A program made the position numbers and the translations under genes. DNA of 64,000 bases from Eledone cirrhosa. Lineage: Eukaryota. The DNA lies in NCBI GenBank assembly GCA_964016885.1, contig OZ024758.1:20832001-20896000 (forward strand), given 5' to 3'. Below, one piece after another: positions 22,078 to 35,444 of this stretch (the first letter of the stretch is position 1; each line of letters starts with the position of its first letter). Below the pieces are notes generated by a model, which worked only from the letters and a program-made list of their open reading frames with translations, did not search any database and had not been told where the DNA came from.

Positions 22078-22114
<37 letters not shown>

Positions 22115-22136
22115 CACACAAACATCTATATATATA

Positions 22137-22238
22137 CTGGGTGTCCCCAAAAAAATGTATACAGACCCCAAGAGCGAAGTAATAAGTATTGCCTCTACAT
22201 GCAATCAACGTATGTGTACAATTTTTTGGGACACCCTG
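22137..22238. mobile_element. Tc1/mariner-type MITE
   Basis: TIRs CTGGGTGTCCCCAAAAAAATGTA / TACAATTTTTTGGGACACCCTG with TA on both sides; a related single end lies near 4250-4277. Confidence 0.7.
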
Positions 22239-22305
22239 TATTATTTCATACGAATGAAACTGTTTTAGTTATGTAGAACCCATTATTCTCTCCATATCTC
22301 TGTAT

Positions 22306-22350
<45 letters not shown>

Positions 22351-22354
22351 CATA

Positions 22355-22584
22355 TATATTTATTAAAATAACAGATTAAAGTTTAAGCAAAGAATCGCTG
22401 CTTTCACCCTTAAAGGGATCTTCTGAAATTCAGAAGATCCCGTTAAGGGTGAATGTAGCGATTCTTTGCTTAAACTTTAATATGTTATTTTAATAAATAT
22501 TTGCTCTAAGGTTCTTATATATTTGATATATAGTTTATCTTTATCGAGCCCTCTTTGAATGTTAATCTCCAAATTTATTATTAT

Positions 22585-22590
<6 letters not shown>
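22355..22590. mobile_element. Family C element as a foldback with two opposed CAGAAGA-type hammerhead-like cores
   Basis: The palindrome is centred on CTTCTGAAATTCAGAAG (22420-22436); arms are ~70 bp with mismatches; both ends abut (TA)n. Confidence 0.75.
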
Positions 22591-22675
<85 letters not shown>

Positions 22676-22729
22676 TATATGTAAAAAGTTGAAGTATCCA
22701 TCCACTTCTATAATATATATATATGTATG

Positions 22730-22780
<51 letters not shown>

Positions 22781-22849
22781 ATGTATACGTATATATATAT
22801 ATGTGTGTGTGTATTATGCGTATATGTATGTATGTATATATATATATAT

Positions 22850-23006
22850 GTTTCAGAAGATCCCGTTAAGGGTGAAAGCACCGATTATTTGCTTAAACTT
22901 TAATCTGTTATTTTAACAAATATTTGCCCTACGCTTCTTATATATTTGATATATATTTATCCTTATCGAGCCCTATTTGGATTTTGGTGTTCACATATAT
23001 TATTAT

Positions 23007-23010
<4 letters not shown>
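22850..23010 (+). mobile_element. Family C element: variant hammerhead (22850-22898) plus a tail running into (TA)n
   Basis: GTTT-CAGAAGA-T-CCC-GTTAA-GGG-T-GAAA-GCA-CCGATTATT-TGC-TT-AAAC. Confidence 0.7.
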
Positions 23011-23066
<56 letters not shown>

Positions 23067-23101
23067 TCCAAATTATTTCACTTAAATATTATATATATGT
23101 G

Positions 23102-23199
<98 letters not shown>

Positions 23200-24097
23200 G
23201 TATATATATATATGAAACATATCTATAATATTTAAGTGAAATAATTTGGAATGTTACAGGTGTATGTAAAATGCCTGCCATTTCAAAATAAAATAACAAC
23301 AACTGAAGAGTCGCGATGGTAGTGTTCATTTTACTTTTTTTATCAACGGTTGTAGAAACAATCACTCGCCTTGGCGCGTAACCTATTTGTCTTCTCTGTG
23401 TAAAACTTCGTTTCAATCATTTGAGAGTTTTGTAGAATATGACTTTAAGGGAAATCCATCAATCCCACTCTGCACAACTCCATTCAGTTAAATCTAAATA
23501 ACAGCAACATCTGCTGAGATCGTTGTAATGACGCCTCGTCGATTAATACCTCTTGATACATGGATAAATTCCTGACTCCGTCCAACACGGTTAGCGCTGA
23601 TAACGGACTTAAAAACAGAAATGAAGATTATTATTATTTAATTTCACACAGAGTTAGCATTAACTAGAAGTATTGTTCTTCCTACCATGAGACTCCATTA
23701 AGATAAGAATAGCTTTCTGTTCTTCTAGTTGTATTTATCACTTATATGATTACCCTTGCGGTGCCAAGTAGGTACGCCTTTTGCACAGGCCGTATACAAA
23801 GGCCAAATCCAATATGTTGCAAATAATGATAATTATTATTATGATAATGGTAATTATGTCTTGCTTAATGATAATTATCTTGATTATGATGACAAGAATG
23901 TCCATGATGCAGAAAAGTATATAATTCGTATTAACAAATCGTGTGGAAAGAGGGACAGGAAGGTTTCTCGCATATAAAATTGAATGATAAGCACGATTTG
24001 TGTTTAGTATCTTCTAGCACTAGACACCGGTCACACTACTTGGTCGAAAGCAAACTTACTGGCAACATGATTATGTGAAACAAATCTACATTCATTT

Positions 24098-24175
<78 letters not shown>

Positions 24176-24179
<4 letters not shown>

Positions 24180-24918
24180 ATAAACGTGCTGCGTGGTTGC
24201 ATATTGGTTACATATGAATAAAGTTTGTCCTTCATCAGTGATCTTCCAACCATCATCGGTATTTCATCACTTTAAAGACCATATACCTCCGGCTGGTGCG
24301 AGCAACGGCTAAAAAAAGTCGTTGGGACACGTAAATAAAGGGAACAGCGAGAGTGTAAACAAACAAAGATGGTAAAGCAACGAAAAGTGAGGAAGAACGA
24401 GTCAACTCCCAAATTTCCATGAATATAAGTTCGTTGAAATCGTGAATGAGAGAGAATAAAGACCATCAAACCTGGTTGAAATGTGAGCAAGGAAGGATTT
24501 CCGCACAGGTCAAACGGGAGGAAGAAGGAGTCTATTCCATGAATTCGGTGAACATAAGTTCTGTGAAATCGTAGACGAGAGAGAAAAAAAAGGGGACCGG
24601 CCTGGCCAAGCGTCCGAGAGAAAAGAATTACGCACAGGTCAAACGGGAAGAAGTAGGAGAGGTAGTAACAGAGAGTGAGTGAGTGAGTGAAGGGTGAGGA
24701 ATAGCTAACAGAGAGAGTCACTGTTAGAGAGGGTACAGATACAGAGAAAGAGGAAGCAATAAGAACGAAATAGACGGGTCACAGCGGGGGAAAATATATG
24801 TGTAAATATGTGAATAAACGTGCTGCGTGGTTGCATATGGGTTACATATGAATAAAGTTAGTCCTTCATCAGTGATCTTCCAATCATCATCGCTATTACA
24901 TCGCTTTAAAGACCATAT
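24176..24918 (-). mobile_element. Non-coding LTR/pLTR-like repeat with a ~105-bp terminal direct repeat, inserted at (TA)n
   Basis: GAATAAACGTGCTGCGTGGTTGCATA...TTTAAAGACCATAT occurs at 24177-24283 and 24812-24918. Homologous copies lie at 59993-60250 and, inverted, at 31795-32075. Confidence 0.7.
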
Positions 24919-24924
24919 TTATGT

Positions 24925-25530
24925 CAGGTCACGAGTTGGTGCTACTGGTAATACCTATCCCAATACAACCTGGCTCATGGTCGGGTCGTTAGCAACAAAC
25001 TGGCAACCCCACCAAAGTTTCTTGGTGAGGAGGGTGACTTTGGACATCCTGCAGGACTAAAGACAAAACCTGTCAAAGGGCAAAAGAGCTCTTAACAGTC
25101 AATGGCCATCCAAAATCACCGGGAGAGATGACCCCTTAGCCTTTGTCAAGACAGAGTTCTAGGAGAATGAAAACTCTGATATAACACCTGCAACCCTGAT
25201 GGTATCCAATGATATTGATTTGTTCTTCTTTTTCGTAAATATCATCTTGGTCAAGAGAGTGGGACTGCCTTTGTGCAGTGCCTTTGCTCACTGTAAAAGC
25301 TTCACGGCACAGGCATTGCTTTATATCTGGAGATCTCTCTGCACTTGTCGTCACATGGTACCATGGACCCAGCACTATGTCTCAATAATTGTCACAAGTG
25401 TAGTGTTTGCACTAGAGTTTTCAAGTCGCTGTCTGGACTAAAAAGTCACACTCGTTCAGCGCATCGGTAGGGCTTCTTCTACATGGATATAAAGTGGTGG
25501 CCGTACTAGAAAACGAGATGGCAGCCACCA
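24925..25530 (+). mobile_element. Internally deleted RTE-type LINE (5' leader joined to the ORF 3' end)
   Basis: The 3' part encodes [26 protein letters not shown] (C2H2-like end of an RTE ORF, stop at ~25468-25470), followed by a short 3' UTR and (TA)n. The 5' part is shared with 21489-21578. Confidence 0.6.
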
Positions 25531-25572
25531 TATATATACATATATATATACATATTTATGTATATTTATATA

Positions 25573-25662
<90 letters not shown>

Positions 25663-27251
25663 AATTAATGTAGATTCGATTCACATAATCATGTTGCCAG
25701 TAAGTTTGCTTTCGACCAAGTAGTGTGAACGGTGTCTAGTGCTAGAAGATACTAAACAAAAAGCGTGCTTATCATTCAATTTTATCTGCGGGAAACCTTC
25801 CTGTCACTCTTTCCACACGATTTGCTAATACGAATTATATACTTTTCTGTATCATGGACATTCTTGTCATCATAATCAAGATCATTATCATTAAGCAAGA
25901 CATCATTGTATGTGTAAAAAGTAAACAGAAATAACGAAGCAAATGACAGAGTACATTGAAGACATATATCAGTTTAACGCTAGAAATAAGAAAGGAATAA
26001 AGTTTTAATGCAAATACCCTGTCAAAATATTTCTATTTCATTCATCCCCTTTACTTGATGGCATAAACATGGACCCGTACATCCTCGGGAAGTCGTAGGT
26101 GAACCATATTGAAATTTCTAGGGCATCTTTTTAAACCTGGCGGAGATCATATCCTCTCCAGGCCCGAATTCAGTAGTTTTCTTCCAGAGAGAGTAAGAGA
26201 AAGGAAATCGAAAAGAGATATATAGGAGGAATCGATCGCAGTATTTGACTGGTAATTTTTTGTATTGGCCATGAATGGATGGAAGTCTACATCGGTGGTT
26301 TTTGAACTCAAGGATCAGACAGCTGAAATGTAATCTACAAAGCATTCTATCCTACGTTCTATCGATTCTGCTATGTCACTGTCTACTTGATATATATTTA
26401 TAATTACCCTGCCTTTGCGTTATAATACGCATCAAGGGTTTTATCGTTTTATTGTTTTGTATATGCTGCTATCATGAATTACAATATCACTTGTTCATTG
26501 TTCTACTCAGCTGAGATCATTGCTACAATGTCAAGTCACTAGCGATTTATCATAGAGTCTTATTAGATAAGGAAATCCACAAATACTTCCTCTTCTTTGG
26601 ATTAGATTATATAATAATAATGACTCTCATATTACTTAGTCAACGAGGAATTATATGCGAAAAAACTGTCGGGAACAATGACAATATTCTATCATTTCTA
26701 TTCATTTTAAGTTAATTTACAGAAATTCGTGGAATCTGATACACCTTCAATTGTTTTGTCCATACATTCCATAATGGAAAATTAGTGGTTTTATAGATAT
26801 GAAATTGAATGTAATAGGTTTGTCCTCAGAGGATCTTTTTCAGCTGCAAATATATATTCTCCTGTCACATGCTTGACGTCTAATATCCCTCAGGTCGACC
26901 TTTCACGTGAATAATGTTGCATTTCCAAGATTTATAAAGCTGACTTTCTATATTCTATTTCAAGCATTCACAATATTATTCAAAAGTGATTACGTGAGAA
27001 TCATCATATATTCATGGAAAATTAGTGGCATCAATATTCATACAATTTAGATTTGAGAAATAATATACATAATCTAAACCTGTCTTATGTATAGAACATT
27101 TCTCCCTCTTTTTTTACTTTGTATTACCTAAATATATTTTAATAAGTATGTACAGCTCTCTGTATTTACATCTTCCAGTAAATTCCTTCTCATTGAGTTA
27201 AGAAAACTCTAGCAGTATTTCTACGTGTATTAAAGCCTTGCTGATTAACAT

Positions 27252-27447
27252 TGGCCGTATCGGTAGAGCGTCGGACGCACGGCTTCGTGACATAAAGTTG
27301 CGTCCCTTTACGTTCTGATTTCAAATCCCTCCGAAGTTAGATTTGATTTTCCTCCTTTCTGGATCGATAAAATAAAGTACCAGCAATGCACTGGCGTCCA
27401 TTTAATTGACTTTTCCCTTCCTCCAAATTCCTGGCCTTGTGTCAATA
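27252..27447 (+). mobile_element. tRNA-derived SINE
   Basis: TGGCCGTATCGGTAGAGCGTCGGAC head and GATCGATAAAATAAAGTACCAG. Confidence 0.75.
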
Positions 27448-28554
27448 CAATCATATCAGTTGATTTCCTTTCTAAATTCCTGTATCCTGGCTACGTATAT
27501 TTCAATTTAAATAGTATATAGGAACGTGTGATATCGTTCTAGTTTACAAGAATTGTTTCATACCAGCTTTATTTTATGATGAAATATGCTATGTATACGT
27601 TGAGGCGCTCTAGCATTTCTAGATTTCAGTGAAGTATTAAAGTATTATAATATTATAGAGAGCCCTAAGTTCAATGTCAATTTATTCATTTTTGTCAGTG
27701 TGTTTCTATAGGAATTAAGGAGAAATAATCGAAACTTTTATTGTTTCAGATTCCTTTAAACTTCCTCCGTGATAATGCAATGCGCTTATAACGATGTTAA
27801 ACTTTGCATGCACTATTATTAACATATTTCATGCATTATATTCAATGAATGCATTATGCATTTTAAACATAGCCGCAGTGCTTATCATTTGTAGTTAGCG
27901 TAGCGATGGAATAAAATTGTGTAATTTTATATTAAATTGTAATTGTTGAAGGCTAAATCTCTATGTTATATAATTAGATTTATACCCAACATTTCGGGGG
28001 AAGATGGTGACGGCCAGTAATTCCAACCTTGATTGCTTACTCTGAATATAAATAGGATATACAGAGTACTGCAAAAAGAGCATAACAGCAACTGAAAATG
28101 GTGAGTCGTAAGCGTTTGTACGAGGAGGGACTCACCTTGTGTGGATGATGTACCCTACTATTTTACGTCGGTTCATCAGGCATGCTTGCCGATTTCCTCG
28201 CAGATGTCTAATATAACTGGTACTAGAAGCTGGGCGGGAGAACTCCAAATTCTCTCTCTGATCCAATGTGTGTTAGCGATACCATAGAAAGGACATGAAC
28301 AAGGACCATAATTAAAATGTTAGGGCATATATCTCCTGAAATCAGACTTTAAAAATGTTGCCCAATGTGTTAGCAACGACTTTGGCGCCTGTCATAAATA
28401 ATCTAACAGGGGAGGCGCAGACATGCACACTAATGTGTGTGTGTTTGTGACAGCACACACCTATGCAGGTTTAGCTGGCCTTCTCCAAGGTATATCTCGT
28501 TGGAGGTATATTGGGTAATTTAATGATAGGGACCCCAGTCCTATCATCTCATTT

Positions 28555-28692
28555 CTATAGCTGAGTAAACTGGAGCAACGTGAAATAAAGTGTCTTGCTC
28601 AAGGAAACAACACACCACCCGGTCCGAGTATTGAACTAACAACCATTCGATTGCAAGTCCAATGCGCTAACCACTAATCCATGCGCCTTCAC
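28555..28692 (-). mobile_element. tRNA-derived SINE of the second family (CORE/V-like central domain)
   Basis: Minus strand GTGAAGGCGCATGGATTAGTGGTTAGCG...GTTCAATAC...CCTTGAGCAAGACACTTTATTTCACGTTGCTCCAG. Confidence 0.65.
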
Positions 28693-30049
28693 ACATGCAC
28701 ACTTGGGAACAGATCCATTCACCAAAACCTCGAACTAGTGCGATACATTCTAGCATGGTTGGGTAACGAACAATGTATGAGCGACAGCTAAGTTGGTAGG
28801 CCTGCATATTTCCTTTCTTATGTTATCTTACTATTCACATGAAGGACATACTCTTTGCATCGTTCTGTGGTGTCCTGCGCTATCTGTAAAATATTCGTGA
28901 TTCTCAACCCAGTGTGGTAAATAACTAAACCGTTGTAAATATTGTTTTTATTGTTGTTGTGGTTTATGCAAATATTTGAATATGTGGTTAAAGTATGAAT
29001 TAACTTAATAAACGTGGGGATTATCCAAAATATACAATCCATTTGGACTAAAGATCAATGGAAATGGAATAATCACATAAATAAATATCTTTAAATTTAT
29101 TGCATTGAATTTACTGAATGCTTTTTGTGTAATGTCTAAAAAATCTATACTCAAATCTGGTCCATATTTTATGTGAAATTGGGAGAGAAATTTATAGCGA
29201 AAAGCTATCATCTCCTGGAATAAACAGTTTGTTTTCATTGCAGTGTGAGTGATATATGAGTGAAGCGAAAATAAAATGTTGCTATTGGTAAAGAGAATCT
29301 ATCATGATCCTTTAAATAGTCTCATCATTTGCTTCGATATAAATTGCCGTTTATTGTTCTGACCTCAGTCTGCACTGAAATAATAATAATATATCCGGCT
29401 TTATCTTGTTACATATTTAACAGATATATAGTTCCTTATTTCAAGAAAATCGATTTAGATTCCCCTTAGAAAATATTTTAGAGCGACAGAAGACAGAAAA
29501 TGATTGATTTATTAGACGTTTTCCAACATTGAATTCATGCTGAATTCTGTCTAAGTATATAGTAGAGACATATTGAATTTACTTATATTTTTAGAGAAGG
29601 AAAAATATAATTGACATTATAAAACATTTTTTTATCTCTTAACCTTTAGAGTATATCCCTAGATTTCTATTTATTTTATTATCATTTTTTCTAAGATCGA
29701 TATTGAGTGAAACTTCCTATGAGACAATTAAAAAGTTATGGGAAATAGTCTGAAGGAATATTAAGAGAAATACTATTTGAATCACATAATTCAGATATGT
29801 TAAAATTAGAATTAAATGCGAGACATTTCTTTCCCATATGCAATCAACTTCTGACGTATATCTATCTAATATTGCAGTATTTCAGAAAATCGAGATGGAA
29901 GATTCATTCTTTTCGACAGTAGGTGCTTGCAACTTGAGTAAGAATATCTAATATTTTGTTTCTTTTTACTCACACACATATCCACAAGCAAGTATAAACA
30001 CACGCATAAACACACAGACATAAACACACACATATGCACACATACACAC

Positions 30050-30082
<33 letters not shown>

Positions 30083-30514
30083 CACATATATATATACGTA
30101 AACGTGTACAGTTGTGAATGTCTGTGTATTCCCAATGCATTAGGAATTAATATATATGAAATTCTGTACACGTTGTATATATAATTACACATTCATTTTC
30201 TGTTTCACAGAGAATAAATCAATTCATGGAGTTAAGAAAGATGAATATAAGAGGAGACTAACCATGGAAAGTGTCATCGGGTGAAGCTCTTCCTAACTAC
30301 GAATCAAGGACGCCCTCGCTTTATGTATTATAATTTATCTCCGCCTTTATCTCTCTCTGTCTTTCATTCTTTCTATCTGTCTATCTCTATCTGTCTATCT
30401 ATCTAGCTCTCTATCTATCTATCTCTGTCTATCTGTATCTGTATATCTATCCCTGTCTATGTCTGTCTATCTATATGTCTGCCTCTAATTGTTTACCTCT
30501 CTCTCTCTCTCTCC

Positions 30515-30585
<71 letters not shown>

Positions 30586-30681
30586 TACCTCTATCTGTCT
30601 ATCTATCCCTGTCTATCTAATTCTGTCTATCACACTCTGTATATATCTCTCTATCTATCTCACTCTGCCTATCTCACGATG

Positions 30682-30808
<127 letters not shown>

Positions 30809-30977
30809 CACTGTCTATCTCACTCAGTCTATCTCTCGCTATCTCTCGCTAACTCTCTCTGTCTATATTTCTCTCTGTCTATCTCTCACAGTCTCTATGT
30901 CTGACTATCTCTACCTGTCTATCTATATAACTCTATACGTGCCTGTCTCTCTCTCTATCTATCTATCTATCTATCTA

Positions 30978-31020
<43 letters not shown>

Positions 31021-31794
31021 GCTAATCGCATACTTCATTTTATTTTTATTTCCCCTATATTAACATTCAGACCGTTTCTACAGCCCTCTAGTCAGAATTT
31101 CAAAAAATGGTCCCAACGGGCTCTGTTCAACCGGAATATTTAATACAGATCAACTTTCTTTGCTTACGAGGAAGTACACGAAGCTTGAATGCTAAACTTT
31201 ATAGTAGCACATGGAATAAACTACATTCAGTTGTCCTAAGTAGATTACAAATTGTCCATTATTTAGTAACATAATTATAACGTTCTAGGGGATGTGTTTG
31301 TCGGAATGTGCTTGATTTCTTACATAACCATCAACTTCAAATGGAAGACATATAGATTTTCGTATCTTAATTACAGTTAATGCATTCCTTAAAAAGTATA
31401 TAATCCCTTTTCTATAGAGATTTAAAATACACTATAAGCCATAACCCCGTGTTGCTGAATATATATATATCTCATTTGACGTTACAAATCGGCACATATA
31501 TAATTAAGAGCGCAGCATAAGAAAATTGATAAAATTATAATGGCACCATAAATGTGTTACATACATTGATGATATATACATTGGAAAGACTATGAGTCCA
31601 GACATGTGAGTTCTTGCCGTTTTAAAATCTAATTCCACACACCTGATTTTGGAATCAGCTCTCGAATCTGTAGGAGCTCAGCCGTCGGTCTCCGACTATT
31701 TCTGGTATGGTCGCACGTATTGAGTACTCTGCTGAATAATCGTTTCGTATATATATTACATATATGTACGTATCCCAATAATTTGTGTTTAGTT

Positions 31795-32075
31795 ATTGCT
31801 CGCACCAACCAGAGGTATAGCCAGTCACTCTCTCTCAGCTGGCTCTTCATCACACTTTCACTCACTCACTCTCTGCTACTCCCCCTCTCTCACCTCCTCC
31901 CGTTTGACATGTGTGAAATCCTTTCCTCGCTCACATCTCACCCAAGTCGGATGGTCTGTAGCTATCCTCGTCTATGATTTCACCGAATTTAAATTCACAG
32001 ATATCACGGGCCTGCTTCTCCTTTTCATCTCTTTCCGTTGCATTACCATCTCTTTGTTTACATCTCTGTTTGCCG
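31795..32075 (+). mobile_element. Diverged inverted copy of the 24176-24918 repeat family
   Basis: TTGCTCGCACCAACCAGAGGTATA and CACTCACTCACTCTCTG...CCCGTTTGAC match the reverse complement of 24285-24720. Confidence 0.6.
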
Positions 32076-32078
32076 AAT

Positions 32079-32684
32079 AATTATATGAAAAACGTAAAAT
32101 AAGAAAATTATAGTAATTAGCTTACTTACTTACATTTCACTCCAACTAATTAGTTTCTGAAACGGAATAACATGTAGAACATGTAGAAACCTGTTCGTCA
32201 TCAGGGAGTCATTCTCAGCTAAGATACCTGGCGATGCGTGGACACAGGGAACTTATACAAAAATATATTCAGTGGATGGAAGCGAGCAACATTTTTTTTA
32301 GCAAAGATTTTGGCAAAATTACTACTATAGTTCATAGTAACAGCTTGGCTACTCTCTTTTTAACACCTCACTACTCACTAATTAACCTCGATGCCACGTG
32401 ATTGATTCTTTTGAATTTGCCACCGAACAAGAAGGCAGTGATTTTTTCAGTGTCCTGGAATTTAGTCCCCGCTTGCTCTCTTCCATCCACTGAATATATT
32501 TTTGGATAAGTTCCCTGTGTCCATGCATCGCCAGGTATCTTAGCTGAGAATGACTCCCTGAAGACGAAAATGTTTCTCCATGTTCTACATGTATATTCCC
32601 TTTCAGAAACTAATTAGTTGGAGTGAAATGTAAGTAAGTAAGCTAATTACTATAATTTTCTTATTTTACGTTTTTCATATAATT
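32079..32684. repeat. Inverted repeat (~210-bp arms at 32079-32289 and 32473-32684) carrying a hammerhead-like motif (family D, + strand 32553-32624)
   Basis: ACTCC-CTGAAGA...GAAAC-TAATTA-GTT-GGAGT, with stem I ACTCC/GGAGT and palindromic stem III AACTAATTAGTT. The other arm has CTGATGA. The long stem II pairs poorly. Confidence 0.75.
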
Positions 32685-32872
32685 TTCTGCATCCCCTTGC
32701 ATTGAACCACAAAGTTTTTAAGACAAAACCTATATATTTGCTTGCATAGGTATACGTGTGTATATATATGTTGGTAGATATACTAATTATTTATATATAT
32801 ATATATATTTCGTTTCTGAATTTGATTAACAAGATTCTTTATCTGAAAACGTGTGTTGAAACCGATATTGTT

Positions 32873-33040
32873 ATGTTTGGGAGGGCCATGTTGCCAATAA
32901 GAAACACACGCACGAGTTGCTTTCACTCCAATTTACTAGAAATGGAATTTATAAATTTAATTTATAATAAATTCTGAGTGAAAGCATCTGTTGCGTGTGT
33001 TTTGTATTGGCGACGTGACCCTCCCAAAGCATAACAATAT
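32873..33040. repeat. Diverged foldback (~55-60-bp arms) abutting (TA)n
   Basis: ATATTGTTATGTTTGGGAGGG...GCTTTCACTC versus GAGTGAAAGC...CCCTCCCAAAGCATAACAATAT. Confidence 0.7.
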
Positions 33041-33064
33041 ATATATATGTTATATATTATATAT

Positions 33065-33145
<81 letters not shown>

Positions 33146-33899
33146 TATATTTTATATTATATATATTTTATATTTATATATATTATCTATCTATCTATAC
33201 ACACACACACACAAACATATCCACATACCCATGCACACACACACACACACACCACACACAAACATACACACACACACACACATATATATATTTATATAGT
33301 GCATAATAACTTCTGGTTATGTTAGTTCTATGTTATCGGCCTCTAATGTCTTATATTCCTAAGCTATTAGACTTTCCATTTAAAAAAACGTGCGTTGAAG
33401 CCGTTACATTCACACAGCTCAGCCATGCATACTCTTCCTTTCCAGATAAATTTAGAACCCACTTTCTTTAAGGTAGCATAAATGGAAATAAAATGTCTGA
33501 AAATATTTTCTACGTTACTCAATCTGGTATTCGTAATTCTGTTTTGTGAAACCCACGTTATTGCTATGATGCTGTTTCTGTTAGTTCTTTTGCTGCTGCT
33601 GTTGAGTTTGCTGTCTATACGGTCATCGTCATTGTCAACATCTGTCAAAGCGTTTCAGAAAATTACAACGGTATGTTCTGCCAGATAGAACAATTATTCC
33701 TTTCTTATTGTGTAATAAATGTGTTCGTCTAAGGAACTGAATATTGTTCCTTTTTTTCCTTCAACTTTTAATAAAATTATGATTGTTTTCGGTCTAGTCT
33801 TTGTGGGGATTTCTTTTGTAACAAAGTAACATTATTGTTACCATTTTTATTCGTAAAGCGGAGACGTTTTAATCTGAAACGGAGACGAATTTGTGCAAA

Positions 33900-34300
33900 T
33901 AATTAAATTCCAAAACGATTTTTTTCCTGCTAATAATACACGATATGAAAATAATTGAAAATAGAACCGATTACCTAGAACAAATCTACACAAGCATGGG
34001 ATCAATGATAAAGAAAGAAAAAAGGGGAAAAAAAGACATCTGAATATTATATGAAATGGAAAGGGAAACAATATAATTGGAAAAGGGAAGAAAATGGAAA
34101 TATTAAAGAATTCTAATCTGAAAGAAATGGAAATCACTGAAATTAAGGAATACCTAAAACAACATTTACTTGCAAAAGCACAAAGAATCAGGTGATATGC
34201 AAAACACAAGAATACTTTTAAAGAAACTCAGCAATTTCACTCCAACCCAAAATGATCCTAGAAAATGGAAGCTTATGTATCATCAAAAATAAAGGTGGAA
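33900..34300 (+). pseudogene. Highly degenerate R4/Dong-like non-LTR retrotransposon fragment
   Basis: 34154-34204 translates to LKQHLLAKAQRIR*YAK, resembling the LKQKLxAKAQRIRRY motif upstream of R4/Dong RT domains. Boundaries are approximate. Confidence 0.4.
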
Positions 34301-35444
34301 GGTTCTGGGTAGGAATATAAGCAGCTAGGGAATTCCCACGCACACAAAAAGTAAGATCAACAAACACGACCATGGAACAAAATATCTCAACAGGGAAAGG
34401 TGTATAAAACATTAAAAATATACACATATGCAACTCGTAAGCATCGGAGGAACATCCCAAATTTCTGGTTAACATATTTAACAGTGATGCATGTTTACTG
34501 AAGTATGTAACACAAGGGTTAACGATCATTTATCATTCATAAACTGTATTATAATCAAACGTATATTATTCGTTTGCACATACATCGTTTGAAATTGGGA
34601 ATGTTAGGCTGCACTACACTAGAACATTGCACCACGTAAAGAAAATGTATATTTATCGCAAACATCCATGAATATTTTGGATATATTTTTATTTCGAATT
34701 GTCATCCCGAATGGGAAATTCCATTAAGATTTTAAAAGTCGGCACATCAAACTAAATATGAATATATATATATTGTGTTTCAAAATTCGTGTCCAGTAAC
34801 ATCTTAACGTATTATTAGATGGAGAGAATCTCATATTACATAATATTATATTAGTAGAAGCCAATGTAAGTTGTATACGAAAAACACATTTGACGATCAT
34901 GATTGATATGTTATCGAGTTGATGGTGGTAAGGCTTTTCATATATAACACATTTCAAAGTTAAGTATTCGAAAGTTATATATCAAACAGTGACAGTTTCT
35001 CACTCAGTGTCATATTTCGGGTTGCCCAAATGTTAATTCAATGCAGTTTAAAAATGCGTGGCAAATTCTCTTTATAGGACTGGCATCGATTTCTAGAAAG
35101 CAGCTTTAGTAAACGCCACTGAATAAATATTCCAGTAAACAGTTATTGCTTGATCCACTCATAGAAGAAAGACAATATTGTTGAGGTTGTAAATAAGAAT
35201 ATAAATGTTCGGAATATTCACTTAATATTTTACAATGATACAGCTTTGAGCGCTAACACAGATATTAACTTTCAAATTATTTGATCAATGATAGTTATCA
35301 GGTGGCTTACAATTGGATACATTCTGCCCCGCTAACATAAGGTACTTATTCGCGATATAACAATTTTTTTTGTTTTACTATCACATAAAACATTTAATAT
35401 TTTTTATATGTTATATAAATATATTCTAAATTTTACTATAAATA

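Larger units (their letters stand above)
23856..25903. repeat. Inverted duplication (~235-bp arms at 23856-24092 and 25667-25903) bracketing (TA)n tracts and nested insertions
   Basis: ATGTCTTGCTTAATGAT...AAATCTACATT versus AATGTAGATT...ATCATTAAGCAAGACAT, with scattered mismatches. Confidence 0.85.
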
